Shown piece after piece: positions 1 through 9,354 of a stretch of DNA of 64,000 nucleotides. This DNA comes from an uncultured Anaerolineaceae bacterium (GTDB lineage: Bacteria > Chloroflexota > Limnocylindria > Limnocylindrales > CSP1-4). How positions within the stretch are numbered: position 1 is the stretch's first letter; each line of letters opens with the position of its first letter. The stretch spans positions 108,355 through 172,354 of the forward strand of contig CAZABC010000002.1 in the NCBI GenBank assembly GCA_964483405.1, in the 5' to 3' direction. The notes beneath the pieces were generated by a model that had not been told where the DNA came from, searched no databases, and saw only the letters and a program-made list of their open reading frames with translations. The position numbers and the translations under genes were made by a program.

Positions 1-630
1 CTCCTGGGCCTGGTACGGCCCGGAGCCGACGAGCGGCGGCTCGAACTCGACGTTGCCGATCGTCTCCCAGGTCTCCTCGCCCCAGACGTGCTTCGGCAGG
101 ATCGGGACGTAGGTCTGGAGGATCCGGCCGGAGGCGTCCTCGGTGTAGGCGATCATCGTCGTCGGGTCGGGGCACTCGACCTTGGTCAGCCCGGCGTCGG
201 CGACACTCGGGTCGATGTAGCCGAGCCCGACGCTGCCCTCGTTGGCGATCGCGTCGAGGGCAAGCTGGAACGAGAAGCAGGCGTCGGCGGAGGTCGCCGG
301 CTCACCGTCCGACCACAGCATGTCGTCGCGGAAGGTGAAGGTCCACGACTTCCCGTCGGCGGCCCGCTCCCACGTCTCGGCGAAGCCGGGGATCGGCTCG
401 AGGTCGGGGCCGAAGTCGACGAGCAGCTGGTAGGACAGCAGGAACGCCTCGTACCCGACGACGAGCGCGGTGCCATACGGGTTCAGCGAGTCGTTGTCCT
501 GGGTGCCGCCGACCTTGAGGACGAGGGGGTCCGCGGCGGCCACCGGGGCCAGGGCCGGGAGCAGGAGCGCCCCGGCAAGGCCGAGCGCGCCCGCCAGGCG
601 GGCTCCTCGGGCGCGGAGTGAGCGTGCCAT
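1..630 (-). CDS. ABC transporter peptide/oligopeptide-type substrate-binding protein (OppA/DppA family), truncated at the window edge
   Basis: Not in the ORF track; translated by hand from ATG at 630: MARSLRARGARLAGALGLAGALLLPALAPVAAADPLVLKVGGTQDNDSLNP...FAETWERAADGKSWTFTFRDDMLWSDGEPATSAD...GSGPY. Signal peptide, SBP family 5 motifs, GAGGAGG RBS upstream. Confidence 0.88.
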   Translation of the reverse strand, partial: MARSLRARGARLAGALGLAGALLLPALAPVAAADPLVLKVGGTQDNDSLNPYGTALVVGYEAFLLSYQLLVDFGPDLEPIPGFAETWERAADGKSWTFTFRDDMLWSDGEPATSADACFSFQLALDAIANEGSVGLGYIDPSVADAGLTKVECPDPTTMIAYTEDASGRILQTYVPILPKHVWGEETWETIGNVEFEPPLVGSGPYQAQE

Positions 631-802
631 CGACGTCCTCCTCGAGCCGCGGGTGCGGGGCCGTCCCGCCTCGTCGCCCGCCCGTTCCCCGTCCGATCGA
701 CCCCCGCCGGCACGGGGCACGGGCCGACTCTCGCACACCGGCACCCGCCGCCGCAAGTCGGCGGCGCAGCGGGCGGGTCGGGCGGCCAGCTTGGGGGGCC
801 GG

Positions 803-2068
803 TCAGACGAGGAAGCGTCGCTCGGCGTCGGGCTCCCGGAGCGCCGGTCGGTCGATCCCGAACGCCGCGATCTCGCCAGCCGCCGGGGTCGCCGCGTCGA
901 GGGCGAGCTCGGCGGCGATCGCGCCGAGCGCGGACGCGAACTTGAAGGCGTGGGCAGCGCCCTGCAGGACGACCACGCCCGGCGCCTCCGGCAGCCGATC
1001 GACGATGAAGTCCCGGTCGGGCGGCATCGTGTAGAGGCATGTCTTCGTGGACAGCCGCGGCCCGAGGGCGCCCGGCAGCCGGGCGGCCAGGAAGGCCTCG
1101 ACCCGGGCGAGCGCGTCCGGGTCGGGCTCGAAGGTCCTCGTCGAAGGGCTCACCTCGCGACCACCGACGTCCTGGGCGGCCTTGGGACCCGGCTCGCCGT
1201 ACGTCGGGAACCCGTAGAACGACGGGTCATCCATCCAGATCCAGACCGGGAAGCGCTCCGGCGCGAACGCGGCGGCGTCGGGCGCGGCGAAGTAGGTGAC
1301 CTGTTCCTGGGTCACCGTCAGCGGCAGGCGCCGCTCGAAGGAGGCGAGCAGCTCGTTCGTCCAGGCATCGGCCGCGATCACCACCGAGCCGGCCCGGTGG
1401 ACCGACCCGTCGACGAGGACGAGGTCGTGGCCGCCCGCGATGGGCCGGATCGCCGTGACCGGGCTGCCGGCGAAGAGCGTCGCGCCGGCGGCCCGGGCGA
1501 GCCGCCGGTGGGCGGCGTTGCCGCGGTACGGATCGGCGATGCCCGCGTCCGCCTGGTGGAGGGCGACCGTGTCGTCGGCGAGGCGCCACGCCGGCCAGCG
1601 ACGCATGACCTCGCGTGCGTCGAGGCGCTCGAACGGGACGCCGGCGGCGGTCATCGCCTCGACGTAGTCGGCTTCGCCGATCGCCGCGCCGACGGGGAAC
1701 AGGTCGAGGCCGCCGGTCAGCGTCACGATCCGCTCGGCGGGCCCGAGCCCGGCGGCCGCCTCGACCTCGGCCCAGCTCGCGTACGCCCGCGCGGCGAGCC
1801 GGACGTAGTCGGCCCGGTGGTACGAGCGGCGGATGATCCGCGAGTGGTCGGCCGAGGCGCCGTTCGCGTGGCCCAGCGCGAACCGCTCGAACCCGGCGAC
1901 CCGGTCGCCGAGCCGCGCCGCCAGCCACCAGGCCGCCGCCGAGCCGAGGGCGCCGAGGCCGACGACCGCCGCATCCCACTCGCGCCGGCCGGTCCAGCCG
2001 GCCGCCGACTCGCCCGGCGGCTCGGGCGGCTGGCCGGCGCCGGGGCCGGGGCCGGTGGATCCGCTCAC
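803..2068 (-). CDS. Monomeric sarcosine oxidase / N-methyl-L-tryptophan oxidase (SolA/MSOX-like) flavoenzyme
   Basis: VVGLGALGS FAD motif, GASADHSRIIRRSY, CLYT flavinylation-type Cys, C-terminal HAFKFA. Confidence 0.85.
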   Translation of the reverse strand: MSGSTGPGPGAGQPPEPPGESAAGWTGRREWDAAVVGLGALGSAAAWWLAARLGDRVAGFERFALGHANGASADHSRIIRRSYHRADYVRLAARAYASWAEVEAAAGLGPAERIVTLTGGLDLFPVGAAIGEADYVEAMTAAGVPFERLDAREVMRRWPAWRLADDTVALHQADAGIADPYRGNAAHRRLARAAGATLFAGSPVTAIRPIAGGHDLVLVDGSVHRAGSVVIAADAWTNELLASFERRLPLTVTQEQVTYFAAPDAAAFAPERFPVWIWMDDPSFYGFPTYGEPGPKAAQDVGGREVSPSTRTFEPDPDALARVEAFLAARLPGALGPRLSTKTCLYTMPPDRDFIVDRLPEAPGVVVLQGAAHAFKFASALGAIAAELALDAATPAAGEIAAFGIDRPALREPDAERRFLV

Positions 2069-3279
2069 CCGGCGGGTCCCGCGTCGAGCGCCGCCGGTCC
2101 GAGCCGCTCGGCGACATAGCGGCGCATGTCGAGCGAGAGGTCCTCCATCGGCGCGTAGTAGCCGACGTCGAAGCGACTCGACGACATCCCCGACTGGACG
2201 GCCTCGCAGACGACCCAGTCCTGGCGGTTCACGAGATCCCAGAAGTCGACCGCGTCGGACGGGTCGAAGTTGGGCCTCGCCATCTCGTCGGGGTGGAACA
2301 GGAAGTCGACGACGACCCGGGTCCTACCAGGGCCGTCCGGCAGGAGCATGAAGGCCGCCGCGTGGTCGGCCGAGAGGCTCAGCATCAGGTTCGGATAGAC
2401 GAGCTCGCCCTTGTGGCGGACCTGCTCCTCGGGCGAGAGGCCCGGGAAGGGCGACCGGTCGCTCGTGCCGGTCATCGTGAACGTCCACGTCCCGTCGGCC
2501 TGCGGCACGCCGTCGTCCCAGTCGAGGTCGACCCCGCCGCCCTCCCGGAAGGCCGGGACGATCCGGCACAGCTCCGGGTGGACGCCCGCGCAGTGGTAGC
2601 ACTCGTTGTAGTTCTCTTCGACGACCTTCCAGTTCGCGGCGACGTCGTAGACGATCCGACGGGCGATCCGGAGGTCGGCCAGCGGGTACCGGGCGACGCG
2701 GCCGGGGATCGGCCCGAGCTGCGCCGCGAGCCGCCCCGCCGGGTCGTCGAGGGCGGCCGGGTCGAGGCTGGCGAAGACGAAGCCGCCCCAGGTCGCGACG
2801 GCGACGGGGTGGAGCCCGAACCGTTCGCGCGGGAAGTCGGGTGCCTCGCCGAGGAAGGGCGCGCCGCGGACGGGTCCGTCGAGCTCGTACGTCCAGGAGT
2901 GGTATGGGCAGCGGATGACCCCGCGGAACGTCCCGGCCGGGCCCGGCGGCCCGGCGCAGGTGTCGATGGCGGGTGGGTCGAGGACGAGCCGGCTGCCGCG
3001 GTGGCGGCACAGATCGACGTGGGCGCGCAGCTCCCCGGTCCGGGTCCGCACGACGAGGATCCGCTCGCCGGCGAGATCGACATGGAGGTAGTCGCCGGCC
3101 GCCGCGAGGCTCTCCTCGCGTCCGACGAGGACGAGCTCGCGATGCCAGATCGCGGCCCGCTCGGCGTCGTGGAACGCCGGATCGAGGTAGGCCCGTCGCG
3201 GCAGCGACGGCTCGATGGCCGTCCGGGCCATCCGGTTCGGCGACGGCTCGTAGGTCGGCTCGACGGCGCGGTCGGTCAC
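2065..3279 (-). CDS. Rieske non-heme iron oxygenase alpha subunit (choline/betaine/carnitine monooxygenase-like)
   Basis: Rieske ligands CRHRG...CPYHSW and mononuclear Fe site ENYNECYHCAGVHPEL. Start chosen at GTG 3279 with GAGGA RBS; 4-nt overlap with the downstream gene. Confidence 0.88.
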   Translation of the reverse strand: MTDRAVEPTYEPSPNRMARTAIEPSLPRRAYLDPAFHDAERAAIWHRELVLVGREESLAAAGDYLHVDLAGERILVVRTRTGELRAHVDLCRHRGSRLVLDPPAIDTCAGPPGPAGTFRGVIRCPYHSWTYELDGPVRGAPFLGEAPDFPRERFGLHPVAVATWGGFVFASLDPAALDDPAGRLAAQLGPIPGRVARYPLADLRIARRIVYDVAANWKVVEENYNECYHCAGVHPELCRIVPAFREGGGVDLDWDDGVPQADGTWTFTMTGTSDRSPFPGLSPEEQVRHKGELVYPNLMLSLSADHAAAFMLLPDGPGRTRVVVDFLFHPDEMARPNFDPSDAVDFWDLVNRQDWVVCEAVQSGMSSSRFDVGYYAPMEDLSLDMRRYVAERLGPAALDAGPAG

Positions 3280-3379
3280 GGTGGGTCCTCGGATCGACGG
3301 GGCGGGACGCTCCGGCATGGGTAGCACACGGCCGCGGCCCGCGCCAGCGGGGTGCGAGGACCGCGACGGATCCCGAGAC

Positions 3380-3940
3380 CTACCGACCGCGGGTCGAGCG
3401 CTCGAGGGCGACCCGAAGCAGCCCGACCTGGCTCATCGCGTCGGTGATCTCGCCGCGGTCGATCATCGCCAGCGCCTCGGCCAGGGAGACCCAACGGAGC
3501 TCGATGTCCTCGGTCCCCTCGGGCGAGGCTTCCCCGGCCTCGAGCCCGGTCGCGACGTAGACGACGCCCGCCTCGTCGGTGACCGAGTCGGAGGTGTGGA
3601 GGCGGAGGAGCTCGCGCCACTCCCGGGCCCGGTAGCCGGTCTCCTCGGCGAGCTCCCGCCGCGCCCCCTCGAGCGGGTCCTCGTCGAATGGGACGCCACC
3701 CTCGGGGATCTCCCATGACGGCCGATCGAGCGTGTAGCGCCACTGGCCGACGAGGAGGATCCGGGCATCGTCGGCGATCGGGACGACCCCGACCGCGAGG
3801 CTCCGGAAGTGGACGACGCCGTAGATCCCGGCGACCCCATCGGGCCGCGTCACGTCGTCATGGAGGACCTCGATCCAGTCGTTCCGGTAGACCGTCCGCC
3901 GGGCGCGGCGGACCCAGGGGCCGATGCGCTCCTCGAGCAT
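3380..3940 (-). CDS. Nudix hydrolase (ADP-ribose pyrophosphatase-like)
   Basis: Nudix box GGVPFDEDPLEGARRELAEETGY. ATG at 3940 has a TACGAT -10 box 6 nt upstream. Confidence 0.88.
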   Translation of the reverse strand: MLEERIGPWVRRARRTVYRNDWIEVLHDDVTRPDGVAGIYGVVHFRSLAVGVVPIADDARILLVGQWRYTLDRPSWEIPEGGVPFDEDPLEGARRELAEETGYRAREWRELLRLHTSDSVTDEAGVVYVATGLEAGEASPEGTEDIELRWVSLAEALAMIDRGEITDAMSQVGLLRVALERSTRGR

Positions 3941-3980
3941 GTCCCCATCGTAGCCGGCGCCGGCCCGTAGACTCGGTCCC

Positions 3981-6077
3981 GTGCCGACACCCGAGGTCCC
4001 CGCCCCCACCCCCGGCGCTCGCCCGGCGAGCGGGCCCGAGCACGAGGTCGAGGTCCGCTTCGACGTCCGGATCCCGGCCCGCGACGGGGTCGAGCTATCG
4101 GCGAACCTGTGGCTCCCGGTGCCGCGACCGGATCGGCCGGACGAGCGGTTCCCCGCCCTGCTCGAGATGATCCCGTACGGCAAGGACAGCTGGCGCCGCA
4201 ACGCCGACCTCGCCCGGGGCGAGTGGTTCGCCCGGCGCGGCTACGCGGTCTGCCGCGTCGACGTCCGGGGGACCGGCTCCTCGGGCGGGATCGCCCTCGA
4301 CGAGTACACCGCTGCCGAGACGCTGGACGGCTGCGACGCCGTGGAGTGGCTCGCGGCCCAGCCGTGGTGCAGCGGCCGGGTCGGGATGTGGGGGATCAGC
4401 TACGGCGGCTTCACCGCGATCCAGGTCGCGGCGCTCCGGCCACCGCATCTCGCCGCGATCGTGCCCTTCTACGCGACCGACGACCGCTATCTCGACGACG
4501 TCCACTACCGGGGCGGCTGCGTCACCGTCAGCGAGCTCTCGCAGTACGCGGTCAGCCAGGTCGCGATGAACGCCATGCCGCCCGATCCGTCGTTCCGCGG
4601 ACCCGGCTGGCGCGACGAGTGGCGAGCCCGCCTCGAGGCGACCCCGACCTGGCTCTTCACCTGGCTCCGGAACCAGGCCGACGGGCCGTACTGGCGACAG
4701 GGCTCGCTCGCCCCGCGCTACGACGCGATCGAGGCGGCGATCCTGCAGGTCGGCGGCTGGAACGACAGCTACGTCGACCCGGTCCTCCGGATGCACGAGC
4801 GGTGCACCGCTCCGCGCCGGTCGATCGTCGGCAACTGGGTCCATTCGTGGCCGCACGACGCCTTCCCCGGCCCGGGGATCGACGAGCTCCACGAGATGAC
4901 CCGCTTCCTCGACCACTGGCTCATGGGGGTCCCGAACGGGACGATGGACGAGGCGCCGTTCACCTGGTTCGAGCGGGAGTGGGCGCCACCGGAGCGCTTC
5001 CCGGTGACCTGGCCCGGCCGCTGGCGGGCGGCCTCGGCCCTCCCCCACCCGGCGATGGCGCCGCGGTCGTGGCGGCTCGCGCCCGGCGACGAGCCGGACC
5101 GCGGGCGGCTGACCGGCGATGCCGTCGACGGACCCGAGACCGTGGTCCGCCTGCCGCACCGCCCGACGGTCGGCACCCGCTCCGCGCTGTCGTGGGGCGC
5201 CGGTGATGCCCCCAACGGCCTTGGCGGCGACACCCGGCCCGACGAGGCGCGGTCGCTCGTCTGGACGTCGGCGCCGCTCGAGGCCGCGGTCTCGATCCTC
5301 GGCGTGCCCGCCGCGACGCTCGCGGTGTCGGCGGACGTCCCCGTCATGTCCCTCGTCTGTCGGCTGATGGACGTCGCGCCCGACGGCGTCCCGCACCAGG
5401 TCGCGGCGGGCGTCCTCAACCTGACCCACCGCGACGGCCATGCCGCGCCGACCCCGCTCGAGCCGGGCGTCCGATACGACGTGACGGTGCCGCTCCGCTC
5501 GTCGGGCTACCGGTTCCTGGCCGGTCACCGGCTGCGGCTCGTCGTCTCGACCGCCTACTGGCCGGTCATCTGGCCGTCGCCGTACCTCGGCGAGCTCGCC
5601 GTCCATCTCGGCGGACCGGACGGCTCGCGGCTCGTCCTGCCGGTCGTCCCGGAGGCCGGCGGCGACGGCGACGTGGCGGTGCCCTCGTTCCGGACCGACC
5701 CGCCGGACGTCCCCGCGGTCGGCGACGGCGATGACGAGCCGCCCCGCTGGACGGTCACCGAGGACGTGCTCGCCGGCACGGTCACCGTCGAGACCCACGA
5801 GGGCGGGACCACGATCCTGCCGGACGGTCGATCGCTCCTCGCGAGCGAGCACCTCGTCATGACCGCGTCGGACGACGACCCGCTCGCGACGACGTTCGAT
5901 GGCGCCGTCGTCTACCGTTGGATCGAGCGCTCGGCGATCGTCGACATCCGGGCGACCGCCTCGCTTCGCTCGACCGTCGAGGCGTTCGACCTGGCGGTCG
6001 ACCTCGAGGTCGACCTCGACGGCGAGCGGTTCCACGAGCGCCGCGAGCGGGCGTCGATCCCCCGCCACCTCGTCTGA
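3981..6077 (+). CDS. CocE/NonD family serine hydrolase (peptidase S15)
   Basis: RDGVELSANLWLP, DVRGTGSSGG, nucleophile motif GISYGG, C-terminal PepX-like domain. Confidence 0.9.
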   Translation: MPTPEVPAPTPGARPASGPEHEVEVRFDVRIPARDGVELSANLWLPVPRPDRPDERFPALLEMIPYGKDSWRRNADLARGEWFARRGYAVCRVDVRGTGSSGGIALDEYTAAETLDGCDAVEWLAAQPWCSGRVGMWGISYGGFTAIQVAALRPPHLAAIVPFYATDDRYLDDVHYRGGCVTVSELSQYAVSQVAMNAMPPDPSFRGPGWRDEWRARLEATPTWLFTWLRNQADGPYWRQGSLAPRYDAIEAAILQVGGWNDSYVDPVLRMHERCTAPRRSIVGNWVHSWPHDAFPGPGIDELHEMTRFLDHWLMGVPNGTMDEAPFTWFEREWAPPERFPVTWPGRWRAASALPHPAMAPRSWRLAPGDEPDRGRLTGDAVDGPETVVRLPHRPTVGTRSALSWGAGDAPNGLGGDTRPDEARSLVWTSAPLEAAVSILGVPAATLAVSADVPVMSLVCRLMDVAPDGVPHQVAAGVLNLTHRDGHAAPTPLEPGVRYDVTVPLRSSGYRFLAGHRLRLVVSTAYWPVIWPSPYLGELAVHLGGPDGSRLVLPVVPEAGGDGDVAVPSFRTDPPDVPAVGDGDDEPPRWTVTEDVLAGTVTVETHEGGTTILPDGRSLLASEHLVMTASDDDPLATTFDGAVVYRWIERSAIVDIRATASLRSTVEAFDLAVDLEVDLDGERFHERRERASIPRHLV

Positions 6078-6086
6078 GCGCGCGGC

Positions 6087-6737
6087 TCAGCCGGCGATCA
6101 GGTCCCGGGCGATCAGCGCCGCGAAGCCGAGGATCACGAGGTTGCCGACGACGCTCGTCGCCCGGATCGCCCCGGGCGAGGCGTGCCGGTGGAGGAGTCC
6201 GCCGGCGCCGGCGAGCAGGAGCTGCCACGACGCGGAGGCGATGAACGCCGCGAGGGCGAAGACGAGCCGCGCGCCGGCCCCGCCCTGGACCGCCGGCAGC
6301 CCGAGGACGAGCGCCGCGAAGTAGGCGATCGTCATCGGGTTGAGGATCGTCAGGGCAAGGAAGCCAGCGTAGGTCCGGAGCGCCGAGCCGGCGGCCGCGT
6401 CGCGGGCGACGCCGTCGGCCCCGGCGACGACGTCGGCGGGCCGACCCCGGGCCGCGAGGAGCAGCCCGCGGCCGCCGATGCCGACGAGGACGAGGACCGA
6501 GAGCCAGCGGAGCGGCACGGACAACGGCGCGAGGGCGACCGCGATCGCAGCCCCGAACAGGCCCGCGAGCGTGGCGTAGATGCCGTCGGCGGTCGCGGCG
6601 CCGAGGCCGGCCGCCGCCCCGATCCGGACGCCGCGGCGCGCCGCCGTCTCGACGATGAGCACCGCGATCGCCCCGACGGGGATCGCGACGCCGTAGCCCG
6701 CGAGCGCGCCGGCGATCGCGGCGTCGACGAGGTCCAT
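6087..6737 (-). CDS. LysE family amino-acid exporter
   Basis: AIPVGAIAVL, GLGAATADGIY, FLALTILNPMTIAYF; about six hydrophobic segments. Confidence 0.85.
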   Translation of the reverse strand: MDLVDAAIAGALAGYGVAIPVGAIAVLIVETAARRGVRIGAAAGLGAATADGIYATLAGLFGAAIAVALAPLSVPLRWLSVLVLVGIGGRGLLLAARGRPADVVAGADGVARDAAAGSALRTYAGFLALTILNPMTIAYFAALVLGLPAVQGGAGARLVFALAAFIASASWQLLLAGAGGLLHRHASPGAIRATSVVGNLVILGFAALIARDLIAG

Positions 6738-6749
6738 CGGGCCGCCGGG

Positions 6750-8291
6750 TCAGGCCCCGGGCAGACCGAGCTGGGCGATCGCGTCACCGAGCGCAGCCCG
6801 GTGCTCGGCGGTCGAGAAGTCGAGGAGCGGGTGCGGGGGCAGCGCCACCTCCCGGATCGTGCCGCCGGCCCGGACGTAGGCGACCGGGAAGATCGAGCCC
6901 GCGCCGTCGGCCTCGACGGTCATCGCGACGGCCGCATCGGGGCCCTCGTCGACGAACGACGCGAGCGGCACGATCCCCTCGTCGCGCACCCCGAGCTCCG
7001 GCGAGACCGAGACGACCCGGGCGAGGAACGCCTTCTGGTGCCACAGCTCGGGCGCGCAGGTCGCCTCCTCGAGGAGCATCGGCAGGACCGCCTCGGGTGC
7101 CAGCGACGGGCGCACCGCCGGCCGCCCGAAGCGCGTCTCGGCCAACCGCCGGGCGAGGATCCGGGCGTTGTAGCGATGGCCATGGACGGCCCCGGAGTTC
7201 GGCGGGATGCCGTGCTTCTTGAGCCCGGCCTGGGCTTGGGTGATCGTCCCCGCGAAGAAGATGCCCGGGACCGACGCGGACTCCCACCAGGTCGTCTGGG
7301 CCGGCAGGGCGGCCTGACCGAAGGTGGCGACGCCGAGGCCGGGCAGGTCGCGGAGCGGGCAGGTGAAGCCGGTCGCACTGATGACATCGTCGGCGGCGAA
7401 GCCGAGCTCGGCGCCGGTGTCGGTCCGGCGGACCCGGATGGCGAGCGCGCCGTCGCGCGGCTCGATCCCCTCGATCGTCGCGTCGAGGATGCCGACCCCG
7501 CCGCCGAGGGCGTGGTCCTCGAACGGCTGGAGGTAGCGGGCCCGGACGCCGACGAGCGACTTCGTGACGACCGAGAGCTTCGCCGGCGAGGGCGAGGCGA
7601 GGGTGATCGAGCCCGCCCACGGGAGGAGGCCCGAGGCGAGCTCGAAGCCCGAGTTGTGCTTGCCGAGGATGAAGACCCGCCGGCCGGCGTACGACCGGGC
7701 GGGCCGGACGGCCGCGTAGTGGTGGGCATGCTCGATCCCGGGGACCGCGGGGTCCCATGGCTCGGCCACGCCGACCGCGAAGATGGCGACCCGGCAGCGG
7801 TACTCGCCGTCCTCGGTCTCGAGGACGAACCGCTCGCCATCCGGCCCGTCCTCCCGCCGCGTCGCCGTCCAGGCACAGCCGTACCGCACGGCGGTCCCGG
7901 TGCGGTCGGCGAAGGCGGTGAGGTTCGCCTCCATCTCCGGACGCGACGGGAAGGACGAGGTCCCGTCCATCAGCCCGGCCTGGAGCGAGGCCGCCTCGGG
8001 CTCGTCGGCCAGCAGGCTGTTCCAGTCGTAGCGCTCGTAGGCGCGGGTCCCGCGCTCGTGCGGCGCGTACGGCTTCGTCCACGACAGGAGCCGCTGGAAG
8101 AACGGCCAGCGACGGAACATGCCGCCGGGGCCCGGGTCGGCCGAGACGATCGCGTGGTCGATCCCGAGGCGCCGCAGCGAGTACGAGAGCTGGAGGCCGC
8201 CTGGGCCGCTGCCGACCACGACGACCGGGTAGTCGCCGGGCGGGAACGGGCGCCCGTCCGGCCCGACGGGGATCGTGGGCTCGGGAGTCAT
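6750..8291 (-). CDS. FAD/NAD(P)-dependent oxidoreductase, FOXRED2/ERFAD-like
   Basis: VVVGSGPGGLQ FAD motif, RYDWNSLL, second dinucleotide motif VFILGKHNSGFE, VHGHRYNAR. Start at MTPEPT (ATG 8291). Confidence 0.8.
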   Translation of the reverse strand: MTPEPTIPVGPDGRPFPPGDYPVVVVGSGPGGLQLSYSLRRLGIDHAIVSADPGPGGMFRRWPFFQRLLSWTKPYAPHERGTRAYERYDWNSLLADEPEAASLQAGLMDGTSSFPSRPEMEANLTAFADRTGTAVRYGCAWTATRREDGPDGERFVLETEDGEYRCRVAIFAVGVAEPWDPAVPGIEHAHHYAAVRPARSYAGRRVFILGKHNSGFELASGLLPWAGSITLASPSPAKLSVVTKSLVGVRARYLQPFEDHALGGGVGILDATIEGIEPRDGALAIRVRRTDTGAELGFAADDVISATGFTCPLRDLPGLGVATFGQAALPAQTTWWESASVPGIFFAGTITQAQAGLKKHGIPPNSGAVHGHRYNARILARRLAETRFGRPAVRPSLAPEAVLPMLLEEATCAPELWHQKAFLARVVSVSPELGVRDEGIVPLASFVDEGPDAAVAMTVEADGAGSIFPVAYVRAGGTIREVALPPHPLLDFSTAEHRAALGDAIAQLGLPGA

Positions 8292-8304
8292 CGGACCGCC
8301 ACGC

Positions 8305-8727
8305 TCAGGCGCGCCAGCGGTTGGCGTTCCGCAGGCGACGGGCCTGCGACTGGAGCATCCGGTACATGACCCGCGGATGGGCGACGAGGAAGGCCTCGAC
8401 CGCCGGCCCGCCGAGGACGAGCGCCCGGACCGGCCGGAGGGCGACCACGTCGGCGGTCGGCGGCTCGCCGAGGAGGATCGACACCTCGCCGAAGAACTCG
8501 CCCCGGCCGAGCCTGGCCCGCTCCTCCCCGTCGACGAGGACCGAGCACTCGCCGTCGAGGATGACGTAGAAGCCCGAGCCGGTGAGGCCCTGGCGGAGGA
8601 TCCGCTCGCCGTCGGGGAACCAGACTTCCTCGAACTGGCCGGCGACCGCCTGTAGCTGCGGCGTCTGGAGATCCGCGAACATCGCGAACCCGGCGATCGT
8701 GTCGACGATCTCGTCGCGACCCGCCAT
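8305..8727 (-). CDS. Stand-alone cyclic nucleotide-binding domain protein (variant phosphate-binding cassette)
   Basis: ILRQGLTGSGFYVILDG...GEFFGEVSILLGEPPTADV; 140 aa; no HTH; GGAGG RBS. Confidence 0.85.
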   Translation of the reverse strand: MAGRDEIVDTIAGFAMFADLQTPQLQAVAGQFEEVWFPDGERILRQGLTGSGFYVILDGECSVLVDGEERARLGRGEFFGEVSILLGEPPTADVVALRPVRALVLGGPAVEAFLVAHPRVMYRMLQSQARRLRNANRWRA

Positions 8728-8875
8728 CGGCCCTCCCTCTCCACCGCGGGGCTCGGGGTCCGCGATGAGCCGCGATGGTACACCCGCGCCTTCGGGCCGC
8801 GGAAGGACCCCGGTCGCCTTGACGCCCGTCGGTCCGGCGCGCACGATGCGCGGCACGCAGGGAGGGTACCGGTCC

Positions 8876-9298
8876 ATGCCAAGCGGTCCGCACGACGAGG
8901 CGCTCCGGTCGGTCCCGCTGTTCGCCGGCGCGGAGCCCGACGACCTCGGCGCCATCGCCGCCATCGCCGCCGAGGTCGAGTTCCCGGCGGGCCGCGTCAT
9001 CGTCCGCCAGGGCGACCCGGCGAACGGCCTCTTCCTGATCGTCAGCGGCGGGGTCCACGTCGTCTCCGACGGCGAGACGGTCGCCTCGCTCGGGCCGGGG
9101 GAGGTCTTCGGCGAGCTCGCGGTCCTCGATCGCGGCCCGCGGGTCGCGTCGGTCGTCGCCGACTCGCCGACGCGCTGCCTCGCGGTCGCGGCCTGGGACG
9201 CCGAGCGGCTCCTCCTCGAGCGCCCAACGCTCGCGGTCGCCGTCGCCCGGACCCTCGCCGTCCGCCTCCGGAAGCGCGCGGAGGACCATCACCACTGA
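8876..9298 (+). CDS. Stand-alone cyclic nucleotide-binding domain protein (canonical cassette)
   Basis: IVRQGDPANGLFLIVSG...GEVFGELAVLDRGPRVASV; 140 aa; GGAGG RBS. Confidence 0.88.
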   Translation: MPSGPHDEALRSVPLFAGAEPDDLGAIAAIAAEVEFPAGRVIVRQGDPANGLFLIVSGGVHVVSDGETVASLGPGEVFGELAVLDRGPRVASVVADSPTRCLAVAAWDAERLLLERPTLAVAVARTLAVRLRKRAEDHHH

Positions 9299-9354
9299 CC
9301 GAGCCCGGACCGCCCGCGAGCGACACCCCCGGCGTCCCGGGCGATCCGGGGCCG

